From Candidatus Woesearchaeota archaeon (GTDB taxonomy: Archaea > Nanobdellota > Nanobdellia > Woesearchaeales > GW2011-AR9), in assembly GCA_018657845.1 (NCBI GenBank), contig JABHWJ010000012.1, positions 1 through 52,371 on the forward strand: a stretch of DNA of 52,371 bases, read 5' to 3'. Both the position numbers and the translations under genes were made by a program. Under the pieces are notes generated by a model that did no database searches, was not told the origin of the DNA, and saw only the letters and a list, made by a program, of their open reading frames with translations. Below are positions 9,961-17,565 of the stretch, in pieces; position 1 is the first letter of the stretch, and every line of letters starts with the position of its first letter.

Positions 9961-10039
9961 CTTTGGAAGTTATATTCCTTTATTTTTTTGATTTATTTAA
10001 ACCAAAACCATTTTAAACCCCCTTTCTTTCTTTTCAATT

Positions 10040-10387
10040 ATGGCTACATACAAACAAGTAATCTTGGTAAGACAAGACCTTAAGCTTCCCAAGGGAAAAT
10101 TAGCTGCCCAGGCAGCACATGCTTCTGTAGAAGCAGTTCTTAAATCTCCTTCAGAAACAGTCAAAGCTTGGCGGGCAGAAGGTATGGCTAAAATCGTCGT
10201 AAAAGTAAAAAATGAAAAAGAACTCATCAAATTCTTTCAGCAAGCTAAAGATACCAACATCACCACATCTTTAATCACAGATGCCGGAAGGACAGTGATT
10301 GCCCCTGGAACCAAAACCTGCGTCGCCATCGGCCCAGACAAAGAAGAAAAGATAGACCAAATAACTGAAGAACTATCTTTACTATAA
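10040..10387 (+). CDS. pth2: Peptidyl-tRNA hydrolase, archaeal type (Pth2)
   Basis: KQVILVRQDLKLPKGKLAAQAAHASV and TDAGRTVIAPGTKTCVAIGP. Confidence 0.9.
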   Translation: MATYKQVILVRQDLKLPKGKLAAQAAHASVEAVLKSPSETVKAWRAEGMAKIVVKVKNEKELIKFFQQAKDTNITTSLITDAGRTVIAPGTKTCVAIGPDKEEKIDQITEELSLL

Positions 10388-10433
10388 TTACAGAAATCTT
10401 TATAAAGGAAGTCAATTCTAAAACCACAATCAA

Positions 10434-10751
10434 ATGAAAATTCCAAAAATCATTAAAAGATTATGTAGAACTTGTAAAACTCATACAGCTCACAAAGTTA
10501 TTAATCAAAAGTTCAAAGGCTTAAACAAAGTCCACACTCAAACCAAAGGTTCTAAAACTAGAGCTAAGAAAAGAGGAAGTAGGACTGGTGTTGGAAACCT
10601 TGGACGTTTCTCCAGACCAGCTATCGCTAAATGGAAACGGTCTGGTGCAAAAACTTCAAAAAAAACAGATCTTCGTTACACTTGTGAAACATGCAAAAAA
10701 ACTTCTGTTCAAAAAGCAGGAATTAGAACCAAACGGGTAGAATTAATATGA
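10434..10751 (+). CDS. rpl44e: 50S ribosomal protein L44e
   Basis: CRTCKTHTAHKV ... DLRYTCETCKK zinc-ribbon pattern of L44e. Confidence 0.9.
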   Translation: MKIPKIIKRLCRTCKTHTAHKVINQKFKGLNKVHTQTKGSKTRAKKRGSRTGVGNLGRFSRPAIAKWKRSGAKTSKKTDLRYTCETCKKTSVQKAGIRTKRVELI

Positions 10752-10927
10752 ACTCTCAAACTAAAAGTAAATTCATTAAGGTCAGATGTCCTAAATGTAA
10801 GAACGAACAAATCATTTTTGGTAATTCTAGTAATGTTGTTAAGTGCTTAGTCTGCGATAAGGAATTGGCTTACCCGACTGGTGGAAAAGCAAGAATCGCA
10901 GCTCGCGTCTTAGAAGTTTTAGAATAA
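10748..10927 (+). CDS. rps27e: 30S ribosomal protein S27e (59 aa; below the ORF-track cutoff)
   Basis: My own translation: MNSQTKSKFIKVRCPKCKNEQIIFGNSSNVVKCLVCDKELAYPTGGKARIAARVLEVLE. C4 zinc ribbon, ATGA overlap with rpl44e, canonical rpl44e-rps27e-aIF2alpha-nop10 order. Confidence 0.85.
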   Translation: MNSQTKSKFIKVRCPKCKNEQIIFGNSSNVVKCLVCDKELAYPTGGKARIAARVLEVLE

Positions 10928-10973
10928 GTCCATACCTAACATTTATAAAGTATATCTTTTCTTAATAATTAAA

Positions 10974-11744
10974 ATGATCTATAAACGACAAGGGTTACCC
11001 GACATTGACGAAGTAGTTTTATGTAAAGTTACTAAGATATTTCCTAATTCGGTTTTCGTTGATTTTTTGGAATATAATGATTCAGGGATGGTCCACATTT
11101 CTGAAATCTCTCCTGGAAGAATAAGAAATCTAAGAGATTATGTCACTGTTGGTAGACAGATTGTTTGTAAGGTTCTAAGAATAGATCGTGAACGAGGCCA
11201 CATCGATCTCTCTCTTCGAAGAGTAAATTCTAATCAAAAAAGAGAAAAACTCGATGAAGTAAAACAAGAACAAAAAGCAGAAAACTTAGTTTCTAATGTA
11301 GCCAAAAGACTAGATATTCCTTTTAAAGATCTTTACAACCAAGTTACAGAAAAAATATTTCAAGAATACTCCTATTTACACCAATGCTTCAAAGATATTG
11401 TAGATAATGCTGTAAGTTTAGAAAAATTAGGCTTAGACAAAAAAGTTTCTCAAGAGATTGAAGAATCAGTCCTTGATAAATTCAAACCTGTTAAGATAAC
11501 TATCTCTGGGACAATAAATTTAGAAACCTACATTCCAGAAGGGGTAGAAAAAATAAGAACCATTTTGTTAGAGATTGGAAAGATTTCCAAAACTATCAAT
11601 GTAAATTATCTTGGGGCTGGAGCGTACAAACTTATAATTGAAGATTTAGATTATAAACCTGCAGAAAAAAATCTTAAGAAAATTCAAGAACTCTTAGAAA
11701 AATTTGAAGATAAACTTTCTAAGGCTTCTTTTAAAAGAGAATGA
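10974..11744 (+). CDS. eif2a: Translation initiation factor aIF2 alpha subunit
   Basis: N-terminal S1 domain (VLCKVTKIFPNSVFVDFLEY...GMVHISEIS...RNLRDYV...GRQIVCKVLRIDRERGHIDLSLRRV). Confidence 0.9.
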   Translation: MIYKRQGLPDIDEVVLCKVTKIFPNSVFVDFLEYNDSGMVHISEISPGRIRNLRDYVTVGRQIVCKVLRIDRERGHIDLSLRRVNSNQKREKLDEVKQEQKAENLVSNVAKRLDIPFKDLYNQVTEKIFQEYSYLHQCFKDIVDNAVSLEKLGLDKKVSQEIEESVLDKFKPVKITISGTINLETYIPEGVEKIRTILLEIGKISKTINVNYLGAGAYKLIIEDLDYKPAEKNLKKIQELLEKFEDKLSKASFKRE

Positions 11745-11917
11745 AACGAATTTTGAAGTGCCCTTCTTGTAATACTTATACTTTAGAAGAGACTTGTCCC
11801 AAATGTAACAAAAAAACCATTTCTTCTCAACCCCCTAAACTTCCCGAACAGGACAAATACGGCCATCTCAGAAGAGAGGCCAAAAAAAAGGACTGGAAGA
11901 AACAAGGATTATATTAA
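11741..11917 (+). CDS. nop10: H/ACA RNP protein Nop10 (58 aa; below the ORF-track cutoff)
   Basis: My own translation: MKRILKCPSCNTYTLEETCPKCNKKTISSQPPKLPEQDKYGHLRREAKKKDWKKQGLY. Zinc ribbon plus the P-x-(K/R)-(F/L)-x-P-x-D-KY motif. ATGA overlap with aIF2alpha. Confidence 0.85.
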   Translation: MKRILKCPSCNTYTLEETCPKCNKKTISSQPPKLPEQDKYGHLRREAKKKDWKKQGLY

Positions 11918-11973
11918 ACAATCTCCCATAACTTTTATTAACACTAATCCCTTTCTTCAAATTGGTGATAAAC

Positions 11974-12234
11974 ATGTCCCTAAAAGAAGAACTTTCTAAG
12001 AAAATTCCAACTTACTTGCAATCCGAACCAGAATTTAAAACCCTGTTGGAATTGGTTCAGGTAAAAAATATTTCTGAAATGGAACACTTGTTAGATTATT
12101 TAAAAAAAGAAATTGAAGTTGTAGGAAATCTTCTTCAAGAAAGCAAAGGTGCAACAGCTGTTAAATCATTAAGAGATAAAACCATCCATTTAGAAGTTCT
12201 AAAGAAATGTCAGGATCTCGCCCAGAATTTATAA
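11974..12234 (+). CDS. Hypothetical small helical protein
   Basis: Open frame only. ATG at 11974 preferred over the track's TTG at 11962. No recognisable motif. Confidence 0.4.
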   Translation: MSLKEELSKKIPTYLQSEPEFKTLLELVQVKNISEMEHLLDYLKKEIEVVGNLLQESKGATAVKSLRDKTIHLEVLKKCQDLAQNL

Positions 12235-12256
12235 AAAATTAATAAAATAAAATAAG

Positions 12257-12979
12257 TTAATTAACACTCATAGTTAAGCGTCCAGTAACTGAAAATCCAT
12301 CAACTTCTCCTTCCAGTGAGGAATCAGTCCCATTAATAAATAATCCTCCTTGGAAACCAGAGATCAATAATTCTTCATCATTTAACTTATAATCTAATTT
12401 GTCCTGGATATTTAAGCTTCCACTACCTTCGTTAACATTCAAAGATTCAAATTTGGTATTTACAATCTCTAAACTATCATAACTCAATTCTTTAAAAGAA
12501 ACTTCTAATGTCCCTTTGGTGGAAAAGCTGATTCCATTGACTACTAACCTATCTGCTTCTCCAGTAGCACTTGTTCCAAAGTAATCAAATTCGAGTTCTC
12601 CATCAAAGCCTTCCAACAACATATCTACTTCCTCTAAATTCTGTAATTCTAATTCTTCCTCATTAACCTTAATTTTAGCACTTAAATCTCTAAATTTTAA
12701 CTCGATTGTTTCTGCCTTAACGTTCCCTTCGGAAACTTTTGGAACAGTATCTAACTCCACTTTCAAACTAATCCTTTCTCCTTTAGGAACAATTCCCTCA
12801 ACATCAATTTCTTTTTCTTGAACGCTAAGAATACTTCCATCTTCCCCCACTACTGCGTTAGTTAAAAAATTATTATCTTCATTAATTAGCATAATAACTA
12901 GAATAGCTCCGATCACAATTGTAGTTAATAACACATAATATTTATTTTTGTGGCGATGTGAAGTAGGATTTCCAATCAT
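12257..12979 (-). CDS. Hypothetical membrane-anchored protein (N-terminal TM helix, beta-rich extracytoplasmic part)
   Basis: YYVLLTTIVIGAILVIMLI TM segment. The remainder is rich in E/G/S/V/L with no known motif. Confidence 0.5.
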   Translation of the reverse strand: MIGNPTSHRHKNKYYVLLTTIVIGAILVIMLINEDNNFLTNAVVGEDGSILSVQEKEIDVEGIVPKGERISLKVELDTVPKVSEGNVKAETIELKFRDLSAKIKVNEEELELQNLEEVDMLLEGFDGELEFDYFGTSATGEADRLVVNGISFSTKGTLEVSFKELSYDSLEIVNTKFESLNVNEGSGSLNIQDKLDYKLNDEELLISGFQGGLFINGTDSSLEGEVDGFSVTGRLTMSVN

Positions 12980-13020
12980 TTTTTTATAACCTCTTTATTA
13001 TTATATTTAGATTAAAGATA

Positions 13021-13485
13021 TTAACCATTTTTATACTTTTCTATTAAATCCTCAATCTGATTCATTAGCTTTGCTGGTTGATTGACATCTTTGATATGCA
13101 ATTCTCCTTCTCCAGAAGCAGACCTCACGTGAATATTTCCATAATTTAACAATCGTTGGACTACTCCTTGCTTGGAATTAATATCTGATATCAACCCTAC
13201 ATAAATGTGCTTTTTACTTTGTCTAATTAAACCATCTACTATTAAAATCTTAGATGAAGTTAATTGTACTTTATGCATTAATCTTGATAATTCTGCAGTT
13301 CCTATAGAAACCATTGCCACGCCTACAACCAAAAGGGATAATTTTCCTAAAACTACTCCTTTAGAATATAACGCGGCCATTAAAATTATTAAGAAGGCAG
13401 CACATCCATATTCTACTAAAAATGACTTTCTAGTCTTCCTTACAGTGGTTAACACTTCAAGTTTAGAATCCTCTTTTTTTCCCAT
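13021..13485 (-). CDS. Membrane protein with a bacterial-type PH domain (bPH_2/YdbS-like)
   Basis: Two TM helices, then LTSSKILIVDGLIRQSKKHIYVGLISDINSKQGVVQRLLNYGNIHV, typical of bPH_2/DUF304. ATG at 13485 preferred over the TTG at 13494. Confidence 0.55.
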   Translation of the reverse strand: MGKKEDSKLEVLTTVRKTRKSFLVEYGCAAFLIILMAALYSKGVVLGKLSLLVVGVAMVSIGTAELSRLMHKVQLTSSKILIVDGLIRQSKKHIYVGLISDINSKQGVVQRLLNYGNIHVRSASGEGELHIKDVNQPAKLMNQIEDLIEKYKNG

Positions 13486-13511
13486 AAGTAACAATAACTA
13501 AAGAACAAACG

Positions 13512-13519
13512 TTTATATA
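13512..13519. promoter_or_regulatory. Shared TATA element (TTTATATA) between divergent leaderless genes (PH-domain protein and fpg)
   Basis: Centre lies about 27 nt from the fpg ATG (13543) and about 30 nt from the minus-strand ATG (13485). Confidence 0.5.
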
Positions 13520-13542
13520 TTTTGTTGTCCTCTTAACTAATC

Positions 13543-14352
13543 ATGCCAGAATTACCAGAAGTGGAAACTCTCGTCCAACAGCTGAAAAAAAGAGTTCTTG
13601 GGAAAAAAATCACCCAAATTGAAATCATTGATCCAAAAGTAGTTGATCCCAAAATAAAGAAAATTTCTCCATTCAAAATAACCAAAATTTATCGGAGAGC
13701 AAAATCAATAATTATAGAAACCAACAACAATTATTTTCTTCACGTTCATCTGAGAATGACTGGCCACTTTCATTTTGCTCCCAAAACAAAACTTTCTTCC
13801 CTAGACCCATACAAAAAATTTATTGTTGCCAAGTTTCATATTTCTGATGATTCTTTACTCACTCACAATTCTATCCGTAAGTTTGGACACATCAACCTTC
13901 TTAATAAACAGCAACTCCAGAAAGAACTTTCTAAGTTAGGTCCAGAGCCCCTTGATAAAAAATTCACATTAAAAAAATTCAAAGAAATCATCACTAAAAA
14001 ATATAGGGCAAATGTTAAAACTACTTTGATGGACCAAAATTTCATTGCAGGGGTGGGAAATATTTATGCCCAAGAAGCCCTCTATCACGCTCACATTGAT
14101 CCCAGAAGAAAGATTTCTTCTCTTGAAGAGAAAGAGATCTCTTTATTATACCAACAAATTCGCAAGGTCCTTCACAAGGCCATCCAACATCACGGAACGA
14201 CAGTAGAAAATTATGTTCATATTGAAGGCACAGGTGGATTTCAAAAATACCTTGCTGTATACCAAAAAAATAGTTGTCCCAAAAAACATCCAACTAAAAA
14301 AACAACTCTGGGAGGCAGGGGAACCTTTTATTGTCCCCAATGCCAAAAATAA
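13543..14352 (+). CDS. fpg: Formamidopyrimidine-DNA glycosylase / endonuclease VIII family (Fpg/Nei)
   Basis: MPELPEVE N-terminus (catalytic Pro2/Glu3), H2TH region (GVGNIYAQEALYHAHI), C-terminal zinc finger ...CPKKH...YCPQC. Confidence 0.85.
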   Translation: MPELPEVETLVQQLKKRVLGKKITQIEIIDPKVVDPKIKKISPFKITKIYRRAKSIIIETNNNYFLHVHLRMTGHFHFAPKTKLSSLDPYKKFIVAKFHISDDSLLTHNSIRKFGHINLLNKQQLQKELSKLGPEPLDKKFTLKKFKEIITKKYRANVKTTLMDQNFIAGVGNIYAQEALYHAHIDPRRKISSLEEKEISLLYQQIRKVLHKAIQHHGTTVENYVHIEGTGGFQKYLAVYQKNSCPKKHPTKKTTLGGRGTFYCPQCQK

Positions 14353-14374
14353 ATAAATAAATAAATAAATAAAT
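14347..14374. repeat. (AAAT)7 microsatellite spanning the fpg stop codon and ending 3 nt before the next ATG
   Basis: Direct reading: aaat x7 at 14347-14374. Confidence 0.9.
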
Positions 14375-14377
14375 AAA

Positions 14378-14620
14378 ATGATTAAAAAATTCCTTAAAAA
14401 ACTAACTGGTGGAAAAAAATACAAAGACCGGTTCCAGAAATTCTACCATTCTAATAAAGAAAGAATCCAAGAAGAACGAAAGTTAACTTATCAGGAAAAA
14501 AAGAATAAAGGCATCTGCGTTCGATGTAAAAGGAAAGCTCTTTTGGGAATAATCTTCTGCAATTACCATAAACAGAAACAAAAACAATACAATTTCTCAT
14601 CTAGATACAAACCAAAATGA
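14378..14620 (+). CDS. Hypothetical small basic Cys-containing protein
   Basis: 80-aa K/R-rich ORF with CVRCKRK...FCNYH (possible zinc ribbon). No homology recognised. Confidence 0.4.
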   Translation: MIKKFLKKLTGGKKYKDRFQKFYHSNKERIQEERKLTYQEKKNKGICVRCKRKALLGIIFCNYHKQKQKQYNFSSRYKPK

Positions 14621-14739
14621 TTCCACCAAAGAAAGATAAGAAAAAAAAGAAAAGAAAAGGCGATGAATGGGAGATAACTGAAGACTCAGATCACCCAGTT
14701 CATGAGAAATATACTAAAGAAGAACCAATCAAAAAATAA
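14617..14739 (+). CDS. Possible 40-aa ORF translationally coupled (ATGA) to the preceding gene
   Basis: My own translation: MIPPKKDKKKKKRKGDEWEITEDSDHPVHEKYTKEEPIKK. The only support is the ATGA overlap. Confidence 0.25.
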   Translation: MIPPKKDKKKKKRKGDEWEITEDSDHPVHEKYTKEEPIKK

Positions 14740-14795
14740 CCTCTTAGAAATAACCCCAACTTCCCACCTGAATAATATTAGAATAATTAATGGAA

Positions 14796-14820
14796 GATGG
14801 GGGAATAAAATTCCCCCATC
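14796..14820. terminator. Perfect 11-bp hairpin (GATGGGGGAAT-AAA-ATTCCCCCATC) between convergent transcription units, 4 nt beyond the tRNA 3' end
   Basis: Inverted repeat read directly. The most GC-rich short element in this neighbourhood. Confidence 0.5.
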
Positions 14821-14824
14821 CGAG

Positions 14825-14911
14825 CGCCTCCGGCCAGGATCGAACTGGCGACCGCACGGTGACTGTTTTAATAATTAACAGCCGTGTGCTCTACCGCTAA
14901 GCTACAGAGGC
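14825..14911 (-). tRNA. tRNA-Asn (anticodon GTT) with a 15-nt intron at the canonical 37/38 position; no encoded CCA
   Basis: Manual cloverleaf on the reverse complement: acceptor GCCTCTG/CGGAGGC, D arm GCTT-AGCGGTA-GAGC, anticodon stem CACGG/CCGTG, loop CT-GTT-A[ATTATTAAAACAGTC]A, variable loop CGGTC, T arm GCCAG-TTCGATC-CTGGC, discriminator G. Intron is 14861-14875; CTGTT pairs with intron AACAG (BHB-like). Confidence 0.85.
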
Positions 14912-14936
14912 ATAACTTCCCTTAGAATCTACTTAC

Positions 14937-14944
14937 TTTATAAA
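14937..14944 (-). promoter_or_regulatory. TATA box (TTTATAAA) for the tRNA-Asn gene
   Basis: Located 26-33 nt upstream of the tRNA 5' end (14911). Confidence 0.5.
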
Positions 14945-14951
14945 TATTTCT

Positions 14952-15215
14952 CTACCTTAAACCACTAGAATAAATCTCTTCTGCAATCTTCTCCATCAAA
15001 GAAACATCTTCACAGTTCTTGAACAACAACTCTCCATGTCGATGCACCACAATCTCAATCCCTTCAATTTTCAAAACCAACAGAATAGAAGTTTCCATCA
15101 CCACCTCAAACTTTTCCTTTAATTTGCCCAAATCTAACTTTCCATTCTTATTCAACTTAGCAGAAAATGCTGCCTTAGTTTTACACTTACTCAAAATAAA
15201 ATCAACCATTCTCAT
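14952..15215 (-). CDS. Hypothetical 87-aa protein
   Basis: Clean ORF with coding-like composition. No motif recognised. Confidence 0.45.
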   Translation of the reverse strand: MRMVDFILSKCKTKAAFSAKLNKNGKLDLGKLKEKFEVVMETSILLVLKIEGIEIVVHRHGELLFKNCEDVSLMEKIAEEIYSSGLR

Positions 15216-15439
15216 TTATTGCAATTATTTTTATATAAATTTACCGTTACTTGGCCACAGTATTTTATTTTTAATATATTTAGAAAAAGCCAAGTTAGGT
15301 GAATTTTTTTTCAAACTACCCAGAAAACACAAGAGTTCACCGTTATATTTATATACCCTACACTCTTTATCAACTCATTAATAAAGAGGTACACGAGAAA
15401 AGTTCTCGAAACCTTGAGTACAAAAAAGAGGTGAAGATC

Positions 15440-15874
15440 ATGGCTAAAAAAAGAAAAGTTACTCGAAAGAAGGCTGCCCAACCAGTTAGACAAATTTCTC
15501 GAGCAGTTAAGAAAGAAGTTAAGATTTACCATATCGCCCATTATGCATTTTTTGCAGGATTGATTATTGCCATTTTGGTAGGAATCTTCTGGAAGTTGTT
15601 CGAAAAATGGTTAGGAATTAATACGCCTACTGTAATTGTTACAACTTTAATGGTTCTTGGTTTAATTGTGGGATTGTTTAACATTACAGCTAAAGAAACA
15701 ATGCCGCTCTTAGTAGCTTCCATTGCAATCTTAGTTGCGGGCTTTGTAAACATTTCTTTCTTTGCTTGGATTGGTTTGACCTTAAGGCACATCTTAACAA
15801 ACTTAGTTTATTTTGTTGTACCTGGGACAATTATCATGGCAATGAAAGTAATTTGGAATCTTGCTTCAGAATAA
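15440..15874 (+). CDS. Hypothetical integral membrane protein (basic N-terminus, about 4 TM helices)
   Basis: ATG at 15440 is preceded by GAGGTGA 5 nt upstream. The upstream part of the track ORF (from 15299) is promoter-like AT-rich sequence. Confidence 0.6.
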   Translation: MAKKRKVTRKKAAQPVRQISRAVKKEVKIYHIAHYAFFAGLIIAILVGIFWKLFEKWLGINTPTVIVTTLMVLGLIVGLFNITAKETMPLLVASIAILVAGFVNISFFAWIGLTLRHILTNLVYFVVPGTIIMAMKVIWNLASE

Positions 15875-15889
15875 GTGATTTCCAAATAA

Positions 15890-15912
15890 TTTTTTTCTTT
15901 TTCTTCTTTTTT
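15890..15912 (+). terminator. T-rich tract (archaeal-type terminator candidate)
   Basis: TTTTTTTCTTTTTCTTCTTTTTT 16 nt after the stop codon. Confidence 0.4.
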
Positions 15913-16084
15913 AGTAATCAACAAAGTTTAAAAACCTCAGTTTTCTCTATGGTTAAAAGGTGATTTGAATTAGAAAAAAAGCTATAGACTGTCCTCATTG
16001 CAAAAGAAAAGTAATGATCTTTCAGTTTTCTGGACTAACTGCTTTATTCTGTTATTATTGCCACAACAAAATAAAACTATAAAA

Positions 16085-16561
16085 ATGCAAGAACTCATTT
16101 ACCTTATTGGTCTCACATTAACGCCTTTCTTAGAATTAAGAGCATCAATCCCTTATGGGGTTTTTGCCACTAATTTCTCTCTACTCTCTATTTTCTTAAT
16201 TTGTGTAATCACTAATATCTTACTTGCCCCCATAATCTATTTCTTCTATGATAAAATAATCCATATTTTCCTCAAAATAAATGTCATCAATAAGTGTTAT
16301 CAAAAAATTGTCACCAGAACTCAAAAGAAAGTTCACAAATATGTAGAAAAATATGGGATTCTTGGTCTAGCAGTTTTCATTGGCATCCCTCTTCCAGGAT
16401 CGGGAGTTTACTCTGGGGCATTAGCTGCACATCTTCTTGGCTTCAGAAAACGTGACTTCTTCCTCGCCGCAACCATCGGAGTTCTCATCGCTGGAGTTAT
16501 TGTCCTCCTTGTTTCCACAGCAGGCAATGGTGCCTGGAACATTTTAATCAAGAAAATCTAA
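16085..16561 (+). CDS. Small multidrug-export-like membrane protein (COG2426 / Sm_multidrug_ex family)
   Basis: TPFLELRASIPYGV ... GIPLPGSGVYSGALAAHLLG motifs. ATG at 16085 (MQELIYLIG) preferred over the track start. Confidence 0.6.
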   Translation: MQELIYLIGLTLTPFLELRASIPYGVFATNFSLLSIFLICVITNILLAPIIYFFYDKIIHIFLKINVINKCYQKIVTRTQKKVHKYVEKYGILGLAVFIGIPLPGSGVYSGALAAHLLGFRKRDFFLAATIGVLIAGVIVLLVSTAGNGAWNILIKKI

Positions 16562-16953
16562 CCTAACTTCTCATCAACTTCTCTAGCCACTTCATTAAGT
16601 TCGGTAAACATCCCTTCCATATCTCTTTGTAAATCTCTAACCAAATTTTGCAGATTACTTTCCCGGAGAATATATCCTTCTCTTTCACGTAAAACGATTC
16701 CAGAATCCATTAATTTTGTTAAGTGATGAACTACAGTTCCCCGACTTAAACTCAACTTCTCAGCAATATCGTCTGAAGAAACATGTTTATTCTGCCGAGC
16801 CCGACGAACTAATGTAATAAATACTCTAAAACAACTACTATCCTTATCTCTCAGGTTAAATAACCCCAATGAATTTCCTAACCATTGTAATTCCTGATTA
16901 ACATTGGGGGAATGAATTTTCCTTATTTTGATAATAGTTAGTTTTTTCCCCAT
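16558..16953 (-). CDS. Winged-helix (ArsR/GbsR-like) transcriptional regulator, divergent from grpE-dnaK
   Basis: VSSDDIAEKLSLSRGTVVHHLTKLMDSGIVLRE HTH. The ATG at 16953 fits the TTTATAAA box at 16976-16983 (leaderless). Confidence 0.65.
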   Translation of the reverse strand: MGKKLTIIKIRKIHSPNVNQELQWLGNSLGLFNLRDKDSSCFRVFITLVRRARQNKHVSSDDIAEKLSLSRGTVVHHLTKLMDSGIVLREREGYILRESNLQNLVRDLQRDMEGMFTELNEVAREVDEKLG

Positions 16954-17076
16954 CAAAACCATGATTCTTTCTCGATTTATAAACTTTTTCCAAAAACTTT
17001 ATATACAAGTTACACTTTACATCACCCACGTTGAGTTTAAATCAACAAGAAATGTGTTTGAGGTCCAATATAAAAA

Positions 17077-17559
17077 ATGGCTAAAAAAGAAAAACAAGAG
17101 AAAAAAGATGAATCACTAGAGATCAAAGAACTTTTACAAAGAAAACAAGCCGAATTAGAGAATTACAGAAAACAAGTCGAGAAACGTTTTATCGAAGCAA
17201 AAGAATTTGCCACCAAAGATATTATTTTACAATTACTACCAATCTTAGATAATTTAGACCTTGCCTTAAAATCTAATACTCACACCTCCGAGTTTGTTAA
17301 GGGGGTAGAATTAATCTACTCCCAATTTTTTTCAGTCTTAGAAAATAATGGTGTAAGACCCATAGACTCACTAAAAAATGAATTTGACCCCTACCTTCAT
17401 GAGGCGTTAATGAAAGTTGATTCAGAAGAACCAGAAAACACAATTGTAGAAGAACTTCAGAAAGGATTCATGCTCAATGACAAAGTTATCCGTCATACCA
17501 AAGTAAAAGTAAGTTCTGGTAAGAAACCAGAAAATAAAAACAAAGATCAGGAGGAATAA
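17077..17559 (+). CDS. grpE: Nucleotide exchange factor GrpE
   Basis: Coiled-coil N-terminus, LQLLPILDNLDLAL, FDPYLHEAL motifs; upstream of dnaK. Confidence 0.9.
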   Translation: MAKKEKQEKKDESLEIKELLQRKQAELENYRKQVEKRFIEAKEFATKDIILQLLPILDNLDLALKSNTHTSEFVKGVELIYSQFFSVLENNGVRPIDSLKNEFDPYLHEALMKVDSEEPENTIVEELQKGFMLNDKVIRHTKVKVSSGKKPENKNKDQEE

Positions 17560-17565
17560 ATTAAA

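Noticed and set aside
15019-15541. Track ORFs 15019-15381 (+) and 15311-15541 (-)
   Set aside because: They overlap a better-supported minus-strand ORF, the promoter-like AT-rich spacer or the N-terminus of the membrane-protein gene. Their composition is low-complexity and not protein-like.
16963-17076. CIRCE/HrcA-type heat-shock operator upstream of grpE
   Set aside because: No TTAGCACTC-N9-GAGTGCTAA-like inverted repeat is present. There are only two TATA-like boxes and a weak 5-bp repeat.
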